NCBI RefSeq assembly: GCF_009914755.1
Contig: NC_060945.1
Origin: the human T2T-CHM13v2.0 reference genome, Homo sapiens
DNA length: 64,000 bases
Direction: 5' to 3' (one strand)
Position numbers and translations under genes: made by a program. Every line of letters begins with the position of its first letter. Positions within the stretch are counted from its first letter, which is position 1. Below the pieces are notes generated by a model. That model did not search any database, was not told the DNA's origin, and saw nothing but the letters and a program-made list of their open reading frames with translations. This document shows, one piece after another, positions 17,387 to 31,896 of this stretch.

Positions 17387-18111
17387 AGTGGTAGGCAGCC
17401 TCCAAAATGGCCCCTAGTGATCCCCAGGTCTTGGTATTTATGTCCTTGTGTAAATCCTTCTCCTCCAATGTCAGCTGGACTTAGCGACTTGCTTCTAACA
17501 CATGGAATGGGGCAGAAATGATGGAACGCTACTGCCAAGATGGACTTATAAAAAGACAGTGCTGGCCGGGCATGGTGGCTCACGCCTATAATCCCAGCAC
17601 TTTGGGAGGCTGAAGTGGGCAGACTATGAGGTCAAGAGATCAAGACTGTCCTGGCCAACATGGTGAAACCCCGTCTCCACTAAAAATACAAAAATTAGCT
17701 GGGCATGGTGGCATGCGCCTGTAGTCCCAGCTACTTGGGAGGTTGAGGAAAGACAGTACCTTCCATCTTGGGTACTCATTTTCTACTGGCTCACTCGTCC
17801 TTGGGGAATCCAGCCAGCATGCTGTAAGGTAGCCCTGTGGAGAGACCCACACAGTAAGTGAGTGAGATCTGCCAAAAACTGAATGAGTGAGCTTGAAGAT
17901 GAATCTGTCCGACCCCAGTCAAGCCTTCAGATGAAACTGCAGCCCTGGCTGACAGCTTGACTGCAACCTCATGAGTGACCTTGAGCCAGAGGCACTCAGC
18001 AAAGCTGTGTCTGGATTCCTAACTGGCAGCAATTGTGGCATGGTAAACGTTTGTTGTGTTCAGCTGCTAAGCTTTGGGATGATTGGTTACACTGCAATAG
18101 ATAACGAATGC
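17387..18111 (+). mobile_element. MLT1F-type MaLR solo LTR, split by an Alu
   Basis: gtggtaggcagcctccaaaatggcccc...gccctgtggagagaccca...ccttcagatgaaactgcagccc...gcaatagataac. Confidence 0.85.
17564..17748 (+). mobile_element. 3'-truncated, tailless AluSc-like element
   Basis: Ends at gggaggttgagg in the right arm; TSD aaagacagt(g/a)c at 17552-17562 and 17749-17759. Confidence 0.9.
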
Positions 18112-19279
18112 AAGGAGCAGCTGGGACCCATCTCCTCCTTTAGGTGTCACCTGAGGTGCTCGGATGGACTAAGCCTTGGCCAATCTGCAGGTTTTCACCA
18201 GCCCCTCTGGTGGTTCCTGGGTGTGCACTGAATGTGTATGTTTTGCTTGATGTCTGAGGGTGGCAGAAAGGAAAGTGAGTTTGGACCAACCACCAGGGTG
18301 TAGAAAACTGGCCTGGCCATTGAAGCCCCTGTCTCCCTACTCCATTCTGAACTTGGATGAGGAGACAGATCATTCAGGCTTGTGGGAGCCACAGCCACCC
18401 AATAAGTTTTACCTCATGCTCTTGCCATCCAGGTACCCTGATTCCCTCACCAAAAAATAAATCTTGACCGAAAACTCTAAATTATACACAGCACTTCCAT
18501 GTACATTCTCCTTTGAATTCTTATAATTGCCCTAGGATGCAGGTAGATGAGGAAACTGGGTCTCCAATGCTGGTGTAACTCTCTGTATTGTTTACAAGTT
18601 CTTTTACGTTCAAGGTCTCTTCCAAGGCATACTTATGTTTGAGCTCAGAGGAGTTGAAAGAACTGCTGGAGCCAGGACCTAAACTCAGACAAAAGAAAGA
18701 GAGCCCCAGCATAGCACCCTGCTGCCCCTGCCTGGCTTCTAAGCCTCTGTGTACCTCTGAGCCTCACCCTGCCTCTTGGGTACCACAGAAGAAACACTTC
18801 TCAGGAGAGACCATCTGGAGAAGGAGAGCTGAGGAGTTAGGCTCCCCTCAGAGGGGGTTCTTTAAAAATTCTGAAATGATGTCATTGAAAAATATGCACA
18901 CACACAAAAACAAAACCCCCTCTGAAAACCACATTTTGTTTCTAGTTATAAATTGAGGATAATAACATTGTGTTTGATTTTCAGGGTTTTTATGAAGATT
19001 AATTTTTATGAAGAGTAATTACTTGGTTAATTAATTCAGCAACTCAACAAATATATAACAGAATGTTTTCCATGTCCCAAGTATTATTCCAGATACTCAG
19101 AATGGTGGAGCACAAGATCCAGAAAATTTCTCCCCACATGGGCTTGTATTCAAGTGAAAAGATGTACTTCCTCTGCAGGAGCTAAACCTTTCTATGGTTA
19201 TAATTAGTGTGCAGAGGTGGGCTACTTTTTTCACTGAATTTATGTCATATGCACTGTTGCATAGGTTTTAGTCACTCCA

Positions 19280-19660
19280 GTATTAAATAATTTAATTGCA
19301 ACAGTTTACTTAATCTTGCCTAATTGATGGGCATTTTGATGTTTTCAGTTTTGACCATTATGAAGAGTTTCTGTAAACCATTCTGTATAATTAACTTTCA
19401 ACAATTCTTTTGAATTATTTCCACAAAATAAATTCATAGGAGGGGATTTGGGCTAAAGGATGTGAATTTTTTTTTTTACTCTTTTTAGATAATACCAGAT
19501 CACACTCCAGAAATTATCAAATCAAATAACTATCAACAAGGTTTTTTTTTTATACCCAGCATTCCTAGCATTGGTTTCTTGATCATTTAATTCCTTTTTG
19601 CTAGTTTCATAGGTACTTGAATTTTATGAAGTTGAACATTTTCTTTCATGTCATATAAAC
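19280..19660 (-). mobile_element. Old L1ME fragment
   Basis: ttgatgggcattttgatgttttcagttttgaccattatg...gttgaacattttct. Confidence 0.55.
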
Positions 19661-19664
19661 AAAT

Positions 19665-20354
<690 letters not shown>

Positions 20355-20894
20355 TCATGGTTTAGTATTTGTGAATTTTCTTTTATAAATTGACTATTTA
20401 TCCTTTTATTGCCTTTTGGTATGCAGTGATCCAGAGAGAAGAGTATAACGTTCTTTATTTGATGCTTTTCTCTGGGAATGTTATGTTCTCACATCATCAC
20501 CCAGTGGAACTCTGATATGGCCTTTCCTCTTCTTCCTGTTCTTTTACCAACCCAAGATCAGCATTAACTGGGGGTGTTTCTTACTTTGTCTTCCCTTTTC
20601 CTTTTTGCTAAGTCAGAATGACAACCTTGAGAAGCATCCAGTCATCTTTTCCCCATTCTTAGTGCCTGGGCATTGCTCTTTCAGGTTTTCCTGCAGTTTT
20701 CAGACTAATTGGCATGAAGCCTGAGGAGTCACTTTGAGCCAAAATGTCAATGGACCTAACTAAGTGGTGATTACAGGATAGTGAGTTACTTGTTCCCTTT
20801 CAAAGGCAAGCCAGTTTGGCTTCACTTCTGGTTAACTGGTGCTTCCTTTGATGTCACTCGCGTAAAAGAGAGTGTCATTAAAAACAATCAAAGC

Positions 20895-21235
<341 letters not shown>

Positions 21236-21831
21236 TTAAAAAGCCATTTGGTGCATTTTTCATTATCTGACCGAGAGTATGTATTTGCTTTAGATAAATG
21301 CAGATCTAATTTTCCTTTCAATATAAACCTGAGAACTCTAATGAGCTGACTCGTGTCTTTCTCATTGGATCTAGCACTTCATGTACACACTAATTAGAAA
21401 AGAAACAGTTTGATGAGGTAAAGATGTGGTTTCCATTGGGGGCAGAACTTTCAGGAAAATGATGCTGTTCTTAGTAGGGATTCCTAGCACTGGCTGGAAT
21501 ATCCCCATTTGGGGAGGAGGATCTCAAATACAGAAAGAGGGAGGAATCACTTATGGTAAAAGAACAATGTGTGTGTGTGTGCATGTGTGTGCACATGGGT
21601 CTGGGAGGCCACACAGATACTGGCAAAAGAGAAGCTGAGAAAGTCAACTCCACCCAGTTCTGGAGAGGCAGGTCCCTAGGACACATCTCTAGCGGCTGAA
21701 TACTGAGAAATGCCTGCTTGGGCAGTGGGTTTAAAGGGGGGACAGGGCTCTCTTCCACTTGCTCCCAGGGTGGGTTAGGAGCTTTGCAACAAAAACAATG
21801 GGGTCTATAACTCTTCCTGTCTCACCTGGCC

Positions 21832-21990
21832 CAGTGGTTTGTAGCCCTAGCTACACATTAGAATCACGGGGGAAGCTTTGAAAAATATTGATATCCAGGC
21901 CCCATCCTCTAGAGATTTGTATTCAGTTGGTCTGGAGTGAAGCCCGGGCTTCTGCATTTTTTTTCCAGTGAACAAGGTTGAAATCCAATG
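21832..21990. mobile_element. MER5A hAT MITE
   Basis: cagtggttt..gctacacattagaatcac.gggga.gcttt..ccaggcccca..cagttggtctggagtg. Confidence 0.8.
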
Positions 21991-22141
21991 AAGCACAAAT
22001 GTATCATGCCCCTTCTTGTGCCCAATGTGTCAAAATATCCATTCACCATCAAACAACCACACTTGGGGGTGTTTGTTTTTTTTTTTCATGCTTAAGACGG
22101 GCAGTTATCTTAACTCTTTTCTTTGAAGTTCCATGGAGTGG

Positions 22142-22510
22142 TGATGTGGTTTGGCTGTGCACCCCCCCAAATCTCATCTTGAGCTGTAGCTCCCATAATC
22201 CCTACGTGTTGTAGGAGGGACCTGGTGGGAGGTAATTGAGTCATGGGGGTGGGTTTTTCCCCACCACTATCATGTTCTCATGATAGTGAATAAGTCTCAG
22301 GAGATCTGATGGTTCTATAAAAGGGCAGTTTCCCTGCACATGCTTTCTTGCCTGCTGCCATGTCAGATGTGACTTTGCTCCTCCTTCGCCTTCCGCAATG
22401 ACTGAGGCCTCCCCAGCCATGTGAAACTGTGAGTCCATTAAACCTCTTTCTTTACAAATTACCCAGTCTTGGGTATGTCTTTATTAGGAGCATGAGGACA
22501 GACTAATATA
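22142..22510 (+). mobile_element. THE1C solo LTR inserted in the 5' end of an MLT1C
   Basis: THE1 LTR sequence; perfect TSD agtgg at 22137-22141 and 22511-22515. Confidence 0.92.
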
Positions 22511-22973
22511 AGTGGTTTGAATGGTGGTCCCCCAAAATATATGTGAATGTCCTGGATTCTTTGAATGTGACCTTATTTGGAAAAAGAGTCTTTATTAATA
22601 TAACTAAGTAAAGTCAGGCAGCTTGAGATAAGATCATCCTGGATTACCCAGATGGGTCTTAAATCTAATGACAAATGCTCTTATAAGAGACAGAAAATGA
22701 TAAGACAGAGACACAGAGAAGGGGGTATAGCCATGTGAAGATGGTGGCAGAGGTTGGAGTGATGTGGCCACAAGCCAAGGAATGCCTGCAGCCTTTGGAA
22801 GATGGGAGAGGCAAGGAAGTCTCCTCCCCTAGAGCCTCTGCAGGGAGCGCAGCCCTGCTGACACCTTGATTTCAGAAATCTGCCCTCCAGAATCATGAGA
22901 AAATAAACTTCAGTTGTTTTAAGTCACCAAGTTTATGGTAAATTATTACAGCAGCCACAGGAAACAAAATATA
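22511..22973 (+). mobile_element. MLT1C solo LTR
   Basis: gaatgtgaccttatttggaaaaag...gccacaagccaaggaatgcc...cccctagagcct...gcagccacaggaaac. Confidence 0.9.
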
Positions 22974-23876
22974 TCCTATTGAATCCCTTTTCCTTTATGC
23001 ATCCTTTCCTTGGTGCTTTTCCAGATGTCTTGGCTATTTTTCCAGAATAAAGTTTACGAAATTTCCATTTTTTTTTTCTGATTTCTACACATCCCTCTTG
23101 ACAGATGCATACTGGTGCAACAACTTGCACACAGCAGCAGCTGATGCAAACCCATGGCTGTAGCCCTGTTGAAGATCCTATCTAACTGGAGTCTTTGTAG
23201 TACTAAGTTGATGCTTTAGGTTACAGAGAGAAGTGATGGCAGTAGAGCTAGGAAATAGGGAGAGGGAAACTCTAGGGCATGAGGCTAGAGCCAGAACAAA
23301 TTTTATGGGCCAAACGCATGATTTGCAGCTGTTTATGAGAAAGGATCCTTGTGCATTGCCTTGGGGGAAGGGCAGGGGCATGTTGGAACTTTAGAGCCTG
23401 AGAATGTTCTAGGTCTTCAGAGTCTGAGAAAACTTTAGGTCTTCTTTCTTGGTAAATCCCTCGCAGTGTCTTATGTAGAAAAATAGCTCCTCCTACTAAA
23501 ATGGGCAGAAGCAGAGCGGAGCAGAGGTGGGTGTGTCACAACACAATATTTCTAAGTATTTACTGGCATTGAGTGAGGGCTCACATTAACCATGAACGTC
23601 ATGCCTGGGACACCTGGAGAAAATGATGTGAAGGACAAGGGGAGTCCCAGCTGGGTCTTGTGCCAAAGAATGGTGGAAGAAGGGGAACCCAGGTGGATCC
23701 AAGGAACAGATCTGGGGGACCTTGAACAGGAAGTCTAGAAACAACAGAGGCCAAGAAGAATGGGGAGTAGTCAGGTCAGTCATGGCCAGCTGGGGAGGGC
23801 TCAGACCTCTCCTCCCCTCTTCCCACACCAGGGAGATGCCACACCAGAGAAAGATGGCTCTGCTGATATTGGGTTA

Positions 23877-25460
23877 TTTTTTAAAATAAACTTTTAATTT
23901 TAGAATAATTTGAGATTTGTGGAATTGTTGTGAAGATAGCCTAGAATTTCTATGTGCCCCACATTCCCTCTTATTAATATTTTACATGTTCACTAATTAA
24001 CATTAGTATGATACATTTGTCACAATTAATGAACAGATATTAAGGCATTATTTTTAATTAAAGTCAACCCTTTGTTCAGATTTCCTTAGTTTTTCTCTAA
24101 TATCTCTTTTCTGTCCCAGGATTCTATCCTGGATGCCACATTGCATTTAATTATTGTGAATTCTTAGGCTCCCCTTGGTTGTGAGAGTTTCTCAGATTTT
24201 CTTTGTGATGACTTTCACAGTTTTAAGAAGTACTGGTCAGGTATCTTGTAGCCTGTTCCTCAGCTGACATTTGTCTGATGTTGTTCTCATGATTAGACTA
24301 AGGTTATTGTATTTGGGGAGGAAGACCACAGAAGTAAAATACCATTCTCATTACATCATGTCAGATGTACAGACTATCAACATGATTTATCACTGCTGAT
24401 TTTAACCTTGACCACATGGTTGAGGCAGTGTTTTTTTCATATTTGCACATTGTAAAGTTACTCTTTTTCTCCCCTTTCCATTTTGCACTCTTTGGAAGGA
24501 AGTCATTATGTACAGCCCACACTTAAGGAGTGGAGAACTGTTTGCCTTCTTGAGGTGTACTCCACCCTACGGAAATTATTTGGAATTCTTCTGCACAAGA
24601 GATTTACTCATTCTCCCCCGTGTATTGATCTGGGCACTTATTTATATTAGTATGATCTCACTGATATTTATTTTATACATTGGGTTATCATCCAATACTA
24701 CTTTCTAATTTTGTTGCTCAAATTGTTCCACCTTTGGCCATTGAGAGCTCTTTCGGTTAGTTCCTGTGTCCCTTTGACATAGAAATGTGGGGTTTTTGTT
24801 CTTGCTTTTGTCTTGAGCACTTTCTTACTTTTTTGGCCCTACAAGATGTCCCAGGATTATTTTGTAGGTATCTTTCTTGCTCCAGTCCTAGAAGCAGCCA
24901 GTTCTCTAAGGAGGCCTGGTTCCTTTTATTGGAGAATGCTATTAGAAACCAAGATCTAGGTGGTAGGTGTGCTCGTTGCAACTAAGTGGTCATTGAATCT
25001 AGGCCCCCTCAACTGACAGAGTAAGGATATATGTATGTGTGGTATACTAACTTGTGTATTTACACATATCTTAAATATTTTTATATGTAACTACTTGTAT
25101 CTATATTAAGCCAAATATGTGTTCATACTGATGTCTCCGACTCTAATCTATTACTACATAGATCATTCTAGCCTCTTTCCCTTTCCTGTCTGTAACCTCC
25201 CACTCTAACATTAAGAAACCTAGCTTTTACCATCTGCTATCCATTTACTTAATTGTTCAGTTTCAGTATGCATATATAATGATTTCAAAGTTGTTAACTG
25301 TACCCTCATGGGAAACGACTTTATCAGCTAGAGTACAGTTCTGGGCTTATGTACAGTTCCTTAACCTTCAGTCTTACAGACTCCACTCACTTCCAAAGTT
25401 ACTGTACCTTATTCCTCTACATTCTGCATTTCATCCTGGGATCTTCTGTCTTCTAAAATG
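23877..25460 (-). mobile_element. L1MC3-like 3'UTR
   Basis: aaacttttaattttagaataattt...gatacatttgtcacaattaatgaac...gaagtactggtcagg...ttagaaaccaagatct. Confidence 0.85.
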
Positions 25461-25599
25461 ATTTTATCCCAGCTTCAATTGAAAAATACCAAAGAAGGAA
25501 TTACACTTGCACCAGCCCTTGTAGTTAGAATAATTTGGTACTTTGATCATCAGGGACTGTGTTGGTTGCCCTGTTCTGTGCTGAGAGATGGTGTTGGGT

Positions 25600-25940
25600 T
25601 GCTGGGATTGTCTCTCTGTCCATAATCATATGACTGGTATGGAAGAGAAGAAGGTCCCACAAAGGAAATGGGGTGCAGGACAGACAAAACAACAGATGCC
25701 CACAGTATTCCACTTCTTAGTCCTACAGCACACATGCACACATCCATCTTCCCACATTTATAGCTAGAAACCTAGCCTTTCCTAATGAAATTTATATGTC
25801 TTCTCTTCCCAAAGGCAGTCAAGTTAAAATCCGCATAGTTACTATATGCAGCTGCAAGTCCAGGAGCCCTGAGTGATATGTTTTGTTCTCACCTAGATTT
25901 GAATGTGGCTCTTCAGGGTCAGGCAAATTCCTGCCCAAAA
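25600..25940 (-). mobile_element. Old MLT1 LTR end plus adjoining MLT1 internal fragment
   Basis: cagacaaaacaacagatgcccacag resembles an antisense MLT1J/K terminus. Confidence 0.4.
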
Positions 25941-26710
25941 GTATTTGGATTCTAACAAAGAAGAAAAAACAGAGTAATATTTAACCAAAGTTATAAATTT
26001 TTAATAGAAGAATAGCAAGAGGATTTTCTTGATCAGTAAATATTTGTACTTTTGTAATTTTTTTCATATAATGCTGTGTAGATACTTAATGACTCTATCC
26101 ATGTTTTAGCCTGGGTCTGTGGAGAAGGCAGACAGTGAAAGATATGGATTCATGTGTTCTGGAGACATCAGTTTCTACCCTCAGCATTGCTTAATGTGTG
26201 TTCTAATTTTGTTTGCATACAGGTTTCATTTCTCAGTGCTAATTGAAATTCAAATAAGTATCTTTTGTATTCTCATGATAGTTTCATTTAGTAATCACTT
26301 TGTGTCTGTCAAGAATTTTATGTATGTTCTTCTTTAACTCCATTAATCTTAGCTGAATTTCAAAGCATTGTAATTAAATTGTATCAAATTGTTTACTTTG
26401 AAACCCTTTTTAAAATGTCAATGGACTGGAATTAAATTCTATTAATTGGTACAGAGTGCCTGCAAAGGCAGAATGAGTTGCAATATGTGACCATTGCTAA
26501 TATGATGAGACCAGAGTTGACATTAATAAAAGAACTGTAATAATTTACCATCTGCTTGATCAGCTGATGCTTCTTAGCATATCATAAAAGACTACAGAAA
26601 GAAGAAAGCTATTTTCAGTTGATGAAAGGTAATGATGCTGTGATTCCAAGCAGAACCTCTCAGTAGTTGCATCTTTATCACTTCCATTCTTTTAAGAATT
26701 CTGCTATATA

Positions 26711-26711
<1 letters not shown>

Positions 26712-26747
<36 letters not shown>
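26712..26747. repeat. (CA)18 microsatellite
   Basis: Direct read. Confidence 0.95.
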
Positions 26748-26751
<4 letters not shown>

Positions 26752-27619
26752 CCAAGTTCCTCAAATGGTAGAATATTTTAAATATTTCCATTTAACAAAT
26801 CAATGTTTTTAACATGAAAATCCAAGTTGAATATAATTGTGCCACCCACAAAAATGATAGGGTTTAAAAAAAGTGGGATTTCATAGATATTATAGGTTAT
26901 GTAGACCAATATTAGGACATAAGTTTAAAATCTGCTGAATGAACATCATCTTCTCTCATTTCTATCAATGTATTGCTATGACTGGGTATATGAGCTCATT
27001 TGGAGATAATGTCAAAAGTTTCAATTTAAGACTGTTTATGAATGTGGGACCCTGCCCTCTGCTACCTGGCTTTCTGGCCTCCCCATAACAGATAACTCTG
27101 ATTAGTAGTGCTTCACAGCTCAAAAATCTTCAGTAACTCCTTAGTCTTCCACCTATGTTCTTCCACACTTTGGTTATCACTTGCCCATTTCCCTTATTTC
27201 TCATCAATTATTTTCCTTTTACTCCTATTCTTTCCTCTGCCTGGGAACCTCTTCCCAGTTTTGTCTAGCAGTTTCTGAGGGCAGTGACCCTGTCTGGCTT
27301 ATGGCATAGCTCATAAGTGGTTATAATGTTTCCGTAGATATTTGCCAACAAATGAACAACTATTTACATTCTACCCATTTTTCAAAACCAGGCTCAAATA
27401 ATACCACTTCTAAAAAGATCTCTCTGATTCTTCATCTGGAACTAACCTCTATGTCCATATGTTGTGATCTAGAACTCCTTTTGTTATAGCACTTTTTACA
27501 TATGGACATCGTCTGCTAATAATCTCTACTTACACATCTTCTAGAACATGGGGTAATATAGAAAGTCCTTCCTCTTTCCATAAAAAGAAATCACCAGCCA
27601 ATCTTATGTTTGCCCCACA

Positions 27620-28190
27620 TATTTGCTGCTTTTTTTCCCCACAAATGACAATATGACTCTTTTCCTACCAAAATTTACCCCCTCTACGTGTGTTCTAGAA
27701 CCTACCTTTTCTTCTTCTGATAAGGTACTTGCTCCCTGTAGCTCCTCTAACATCAATCTATCAGTCTTCTTCTCTTTACAGAATCATTTTCACCAGCACT
27801 CAAATGTGTTCTAATATTTCCCTTCTTAACAAATAATTCCTGTTGATGTCATATACTTTAGGAATCACCATCACATTCTCTTTCCTCCCTTTCATAGCAA
27901 AACTTCTTGAGTTGCTCATGGTACCTGTTTCTCGTCCTCATCTTTTATTCTCTCCTCATCCCAGTTAGACTGGGTTTATAACCCCACCAGCTCACTGAGG
28001 TTGTTTCTACTGAGGCCACCAGATTGACCTCTATGTTGCAAGACCCCACGGTCATTTTTATGTCTATATTTATTCAAGGTCTCAGAGGCATTTAACATAG
28101 TGTTGATAACTTCAATTTTTTTTGAAATATTCTTTTACGTTGACTTTCATGACACCACACTCACCAGATTTTACTTCTTAGTTGCTCACC
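27620..28190 (+). mobile_element. L2 (RT region)
   Basis: ttcatagcaaaacttcttgag...gaggccacc..tgacctctatgttgc...gactttcatgacaccacactc. Confidence 0.75.
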
Positions 28191-28194
28191 AGTA

Positions 28195-28985
28195 GTGGAG
28201 ATAAAATGAATCATAAAGAATTCTCAATTAATTCAAAAGAAGGAAGTAAAATAGGGGAAAGGGGAGTGAAGAATAGAGAGGACATATAGAAAACAAATAG
28301 AAAGATGGTATACTGGAATACTACCATATGGATAATTAAATTAGATACAAATGGTCTAAACATCCCAATTAAAAGGCAGATTGTCAGATTGGATAGCAAG
28401 ACCCCATTATACGATGCCTGCAAAAAACTATATGAAGACACAGATAGATTAAAAGTTAAAGGATATAAAATATATACTCTATTAACACTAATCCAAAGAA
28501 AGCAGAATTGTCCATATTAGTTTTAGACAAAGTAGACTCAGAACAAGGACTATTACAGGGATGAAAAAGGAGAGTTCATAAAGAAAAAGTGATCAATTTA
28601 TAAGGAATACAAAACAATTTTAAATGTATATTCATCAATAACAGAGCTTCAAAATACATGAAGCAAAAACTAACATAACTGAAAGGATAAATGGACAAAT
28701 TCACAATTATAGTTGAAGATATCAACACTCTTTTCTCTAATTGATAGGAGAGGAAAATCAACAGGCATATGTAAGACTAGAACAATATATGAACAATGTG
28801 ATATAATTGACATTTATAGAAAGCTCCCCATGATGAAAACAGAACACTCATTCTTTTAATTTTCATATGGACATTCATTAAGTTCATATGCTAAAGCATA
28901 AAACAAGTCTCAATAATTTAAAAGACATGAAATAATACGGAATGTGTTCTCTAGTGATAATGGAACTAAATTAGAAGTCTATCAC
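28195..28985 (+). mobile_element. Old L1M inter-ORF/ORF2 endonuclease fragment
   Basis: ORF 28305 IIKLDTNGLNIPIKRQ resembles the L1 endonuclease N-terminus (ITLNVNGLNSPIKR). Confidence 0.85.
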
Positions 28986-28986
28986 A

Positions 28987-29670
28987 GAGATTGCCCACAG
29001 AGAACATGCAAAAGGACAGAAAATATGGCCCAAGATTAAAACTTGGGAGAATACCAACGTAGTGGTAGTAGAGGAAGAGCTCTTCAAAGAAGGCCAATGA
29101 GAAGAGATCAAAGAAGAATAAGGAGAACCGGGAAAGAGGAGCCATGGAGATAAAGGGAACAGAGAATTTCAAGGAACAACAATGTTATATCTAGAGGTGT
29201 CCAATAAGATAAGGATTGAAATAAATCCATTGGATTTGGAGACATGGAGATTACTGGTGACTTTAGCAAGTGAACAATTGATGGGAAATGAGGAAGTAAA
29301 GGCAGTGAGTATCTATTCCTCTTCCAGGCAAATCTCTTTTCTTCTTGGGAAAGCAAAAAACATGAAAGCAAGGCAGTGGCTGGAGAGAATCAGGGCCAGA
29401 GGAGGGAATTTTTTTCTTTTTTCTTAATTAATTTGTTGTTATTTTAAAGATAAGAGAGATTTGGACATGTTTGTAGGCTGAATATTAAGAGCTGGTGGTA
29501 AAAGACAGTTGAAGATACAGGAAAGGAGTTACTTGTTGGAACAATGTTCCCAAGGAGGTGGGAAAGAATGGACTTATTACTGTAGATGGGGGATTCATCT
29601 TGAATACAGATATGAGGGGCAACAATATAAGGACGAGTCTAAATGTAGATGAATTTGTAGGTGGCCATGG
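28987..29670 (-). mobile_element. L2 (RT region), antisense
   Basis: ccattggatttggagacatggagattactggtgactttagcaag is the antisense L2 RT signature. Confidence 0.75.
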
Positions 29671-30619
29671 AAATTGCTCACACAAAGCACCTTCATGGAT
29701 TCATCTTTTACCTTTATGCTGACTCCCAAAATGTATTCCTTCTCTTAGCTCTTGAGCTCCAGATTCAACTTCCAGTTTGTACTTATCATGTACAAAAACA
29801 AGCTTGTATTCTCCCCAAGTTCCCTTCCTGACTCCTTGTTCTTCCTTTTGTTCCCTTTTGACACAGACAACTGGAACCTTGAGTTAGCCTTCTGTGTGGC
29901 ACATTCTAGCCTTTGTCCAGATGAAAAGTTGAGTTTCACTTGTCAAAACTGCAGAGCGTGGAGTGGGCTGCAATGTAGGTGATGGGGTGGAGAGTGGATA
30001 ATAGAAAATGGGTTTTGAGATGATGAAAATCAGAGATGGCCAGGCTACCTGAGGGTGTCATCCATTCACAGAGGTGAGACAGGTAGGAGATTCTAGGTAG
30101 AAAAACAGCAAAATGAAATTCTGTGAGATTAAAAAAGAGTAAAGAGTTTGGAAGGTGGGAAGCAGGCCCTTGAGAAAACTCTGAGCTGGTAGAATTCTGG
30201 ATATAAGCCCCGTCCATGGTGTTCCTTTGAACTTGATCATGAGCTTGGATGGAATCACTGAAAGCACCAAACTGATATGGACTCCCCAAATCTACTGAGG
30301 CTTCCAGCATTCTTCCAGAATCCGGATTTGAACTGTGGGTTTTCCTTTTGTGGTTCTTTTTCCATCTTTCATCCCCATCCCAGTAAGATTCATTTTTGAG
30401 TGCTAGATATTCTTCCTCTGCAATGTCTCTCTACTCTGGCCTCCAAATCATACATCTCCCCTTTTTTTCTCCTCTTGCCAACCGCTGTCTAGATTCCTTG
30501 CACCTTCTGTTTCTAGTCAGTTTAGAAATGTTAAAAAAAAAAGCTTTTCTCATAGTTTTTCTACTCTTGGCAGAGTAGACCTGGCCAGAAGCCAGTAGTA
30601 GCAATGTGCATGAAGATTT

Positions 30620-30642
30620 TATATATATATATATATATATAT
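30620..30642. repeat. (TA)n microsatellite
   Basis: Direct read. Confidence 0.9.
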
Positions 30643-31710
30643 GTAATAATGAAGTGAAACACTGATCCAACCTTGGAAAATAACTTCCCTAAAAATTTAA
30701 ATTTATAATCTAGGCCAAGATGTTGATTGCTGTTTATTTTCTCTGAGCCAGACATAGTGGCTACAAGTTGCTTGGCTGTCCAAAGGTTCTCACAAGGCAT
30801 GATAGCCATGCCTCAGGCCCCCTGCAGAGTAGATTTAATTAGGGTAAATGATACTCATGTTTTGGCCTGGAGACCTTTGCTGTGGTCCATTTGCCCCACC
30901 GTGAGGTTGGGAATCACCCATGCTGGGCCACTCATGTGCTTCTGTCAGTTAACTCTGAATTTCACACATGCTTAGTTGCGTGAACCCTCAGAAAAGTGAC
31001 CTCTTTCTTCCTTCATCTTGACCACCTGGGATCACCTGTGGTTTTGAGACACTGTGTTTATACCATTCACAAGTTGGCCATCCCTTGTCTCTTCGACATT
31101 ATTAAGTTTTTCAAGGACAAACCCTCCATTTTGTGGTAGATACAGCTGCTTTCGACAAAGAAGAGTCTGGAAACAGGGTCTTGTCAAAATTCAGTTCAGA
31201 TGTGTGGCTGTGTTTACTCTAGCTTTGGTCAGGTGGCAGCAATATGTCTGTTGAGAACAACGGAGCTACCAGTCATGTCAGCACCCACTCCTAGGCCCCT
31301 GCTCACATAATTAAACTATTCATTCACCCTCATATCCTCACACTCAAGAAATGTAAAAGCCCATTGGGGCATTTGTTAATAATGGCTCTTTCTGGGTCCT
31401 ACTGTAAAGGAAGAGGTGTCTCCGATTATCATGTGAGGAGAAGAAGCCACGACATGTGCTGTCACTGAAGCCATGAGAGGTGGGGAAGATGGCAACACGG
31501 CTGGCCCCTCTCAGCCCACCTGAGACTGAGCTGGGTAGGGTGGGCGACATGGGAGGCAGGCAGCTTAGAGGCTTGCAGGAGGCAGCTTAGAGGCTGGTAA
31601 CACAGTGGTGCATTGGTTCCTGTTGATTGTCCCAGACCTGGGTGTGACTGAGGTAGAAGAAAGACACAGCCCTGGGTCCCTGACTCCTTCTGTTCTGGGA
31701 TTTCCCCTGA

Positions 31711-31896
31711 TAGTGGTTATTACCAGGTACCACCTCTTCTAGGGGAGTGTTTGGAAATGTGAAAGGGGCATTTTAGTCACCATGTGTGGGCACTGGCATG
31801 ACAGGCTGAGCATAGAGGCTAAAACTCAGCGAGACCCAGTATAGTGGCACCAACAGGAAATCCTCCTGCTGGGATGTGTCCCTTTGAGAAACATGC
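31711..31896. mobile_element. MER20/MER117-like hAT MITE
   Basis: tagtggttatt..ctaggggagtgtttggaaatgtg..ggcattttagtcac..cactggcat...ttgagaaacatg. Confidence 0.55.
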
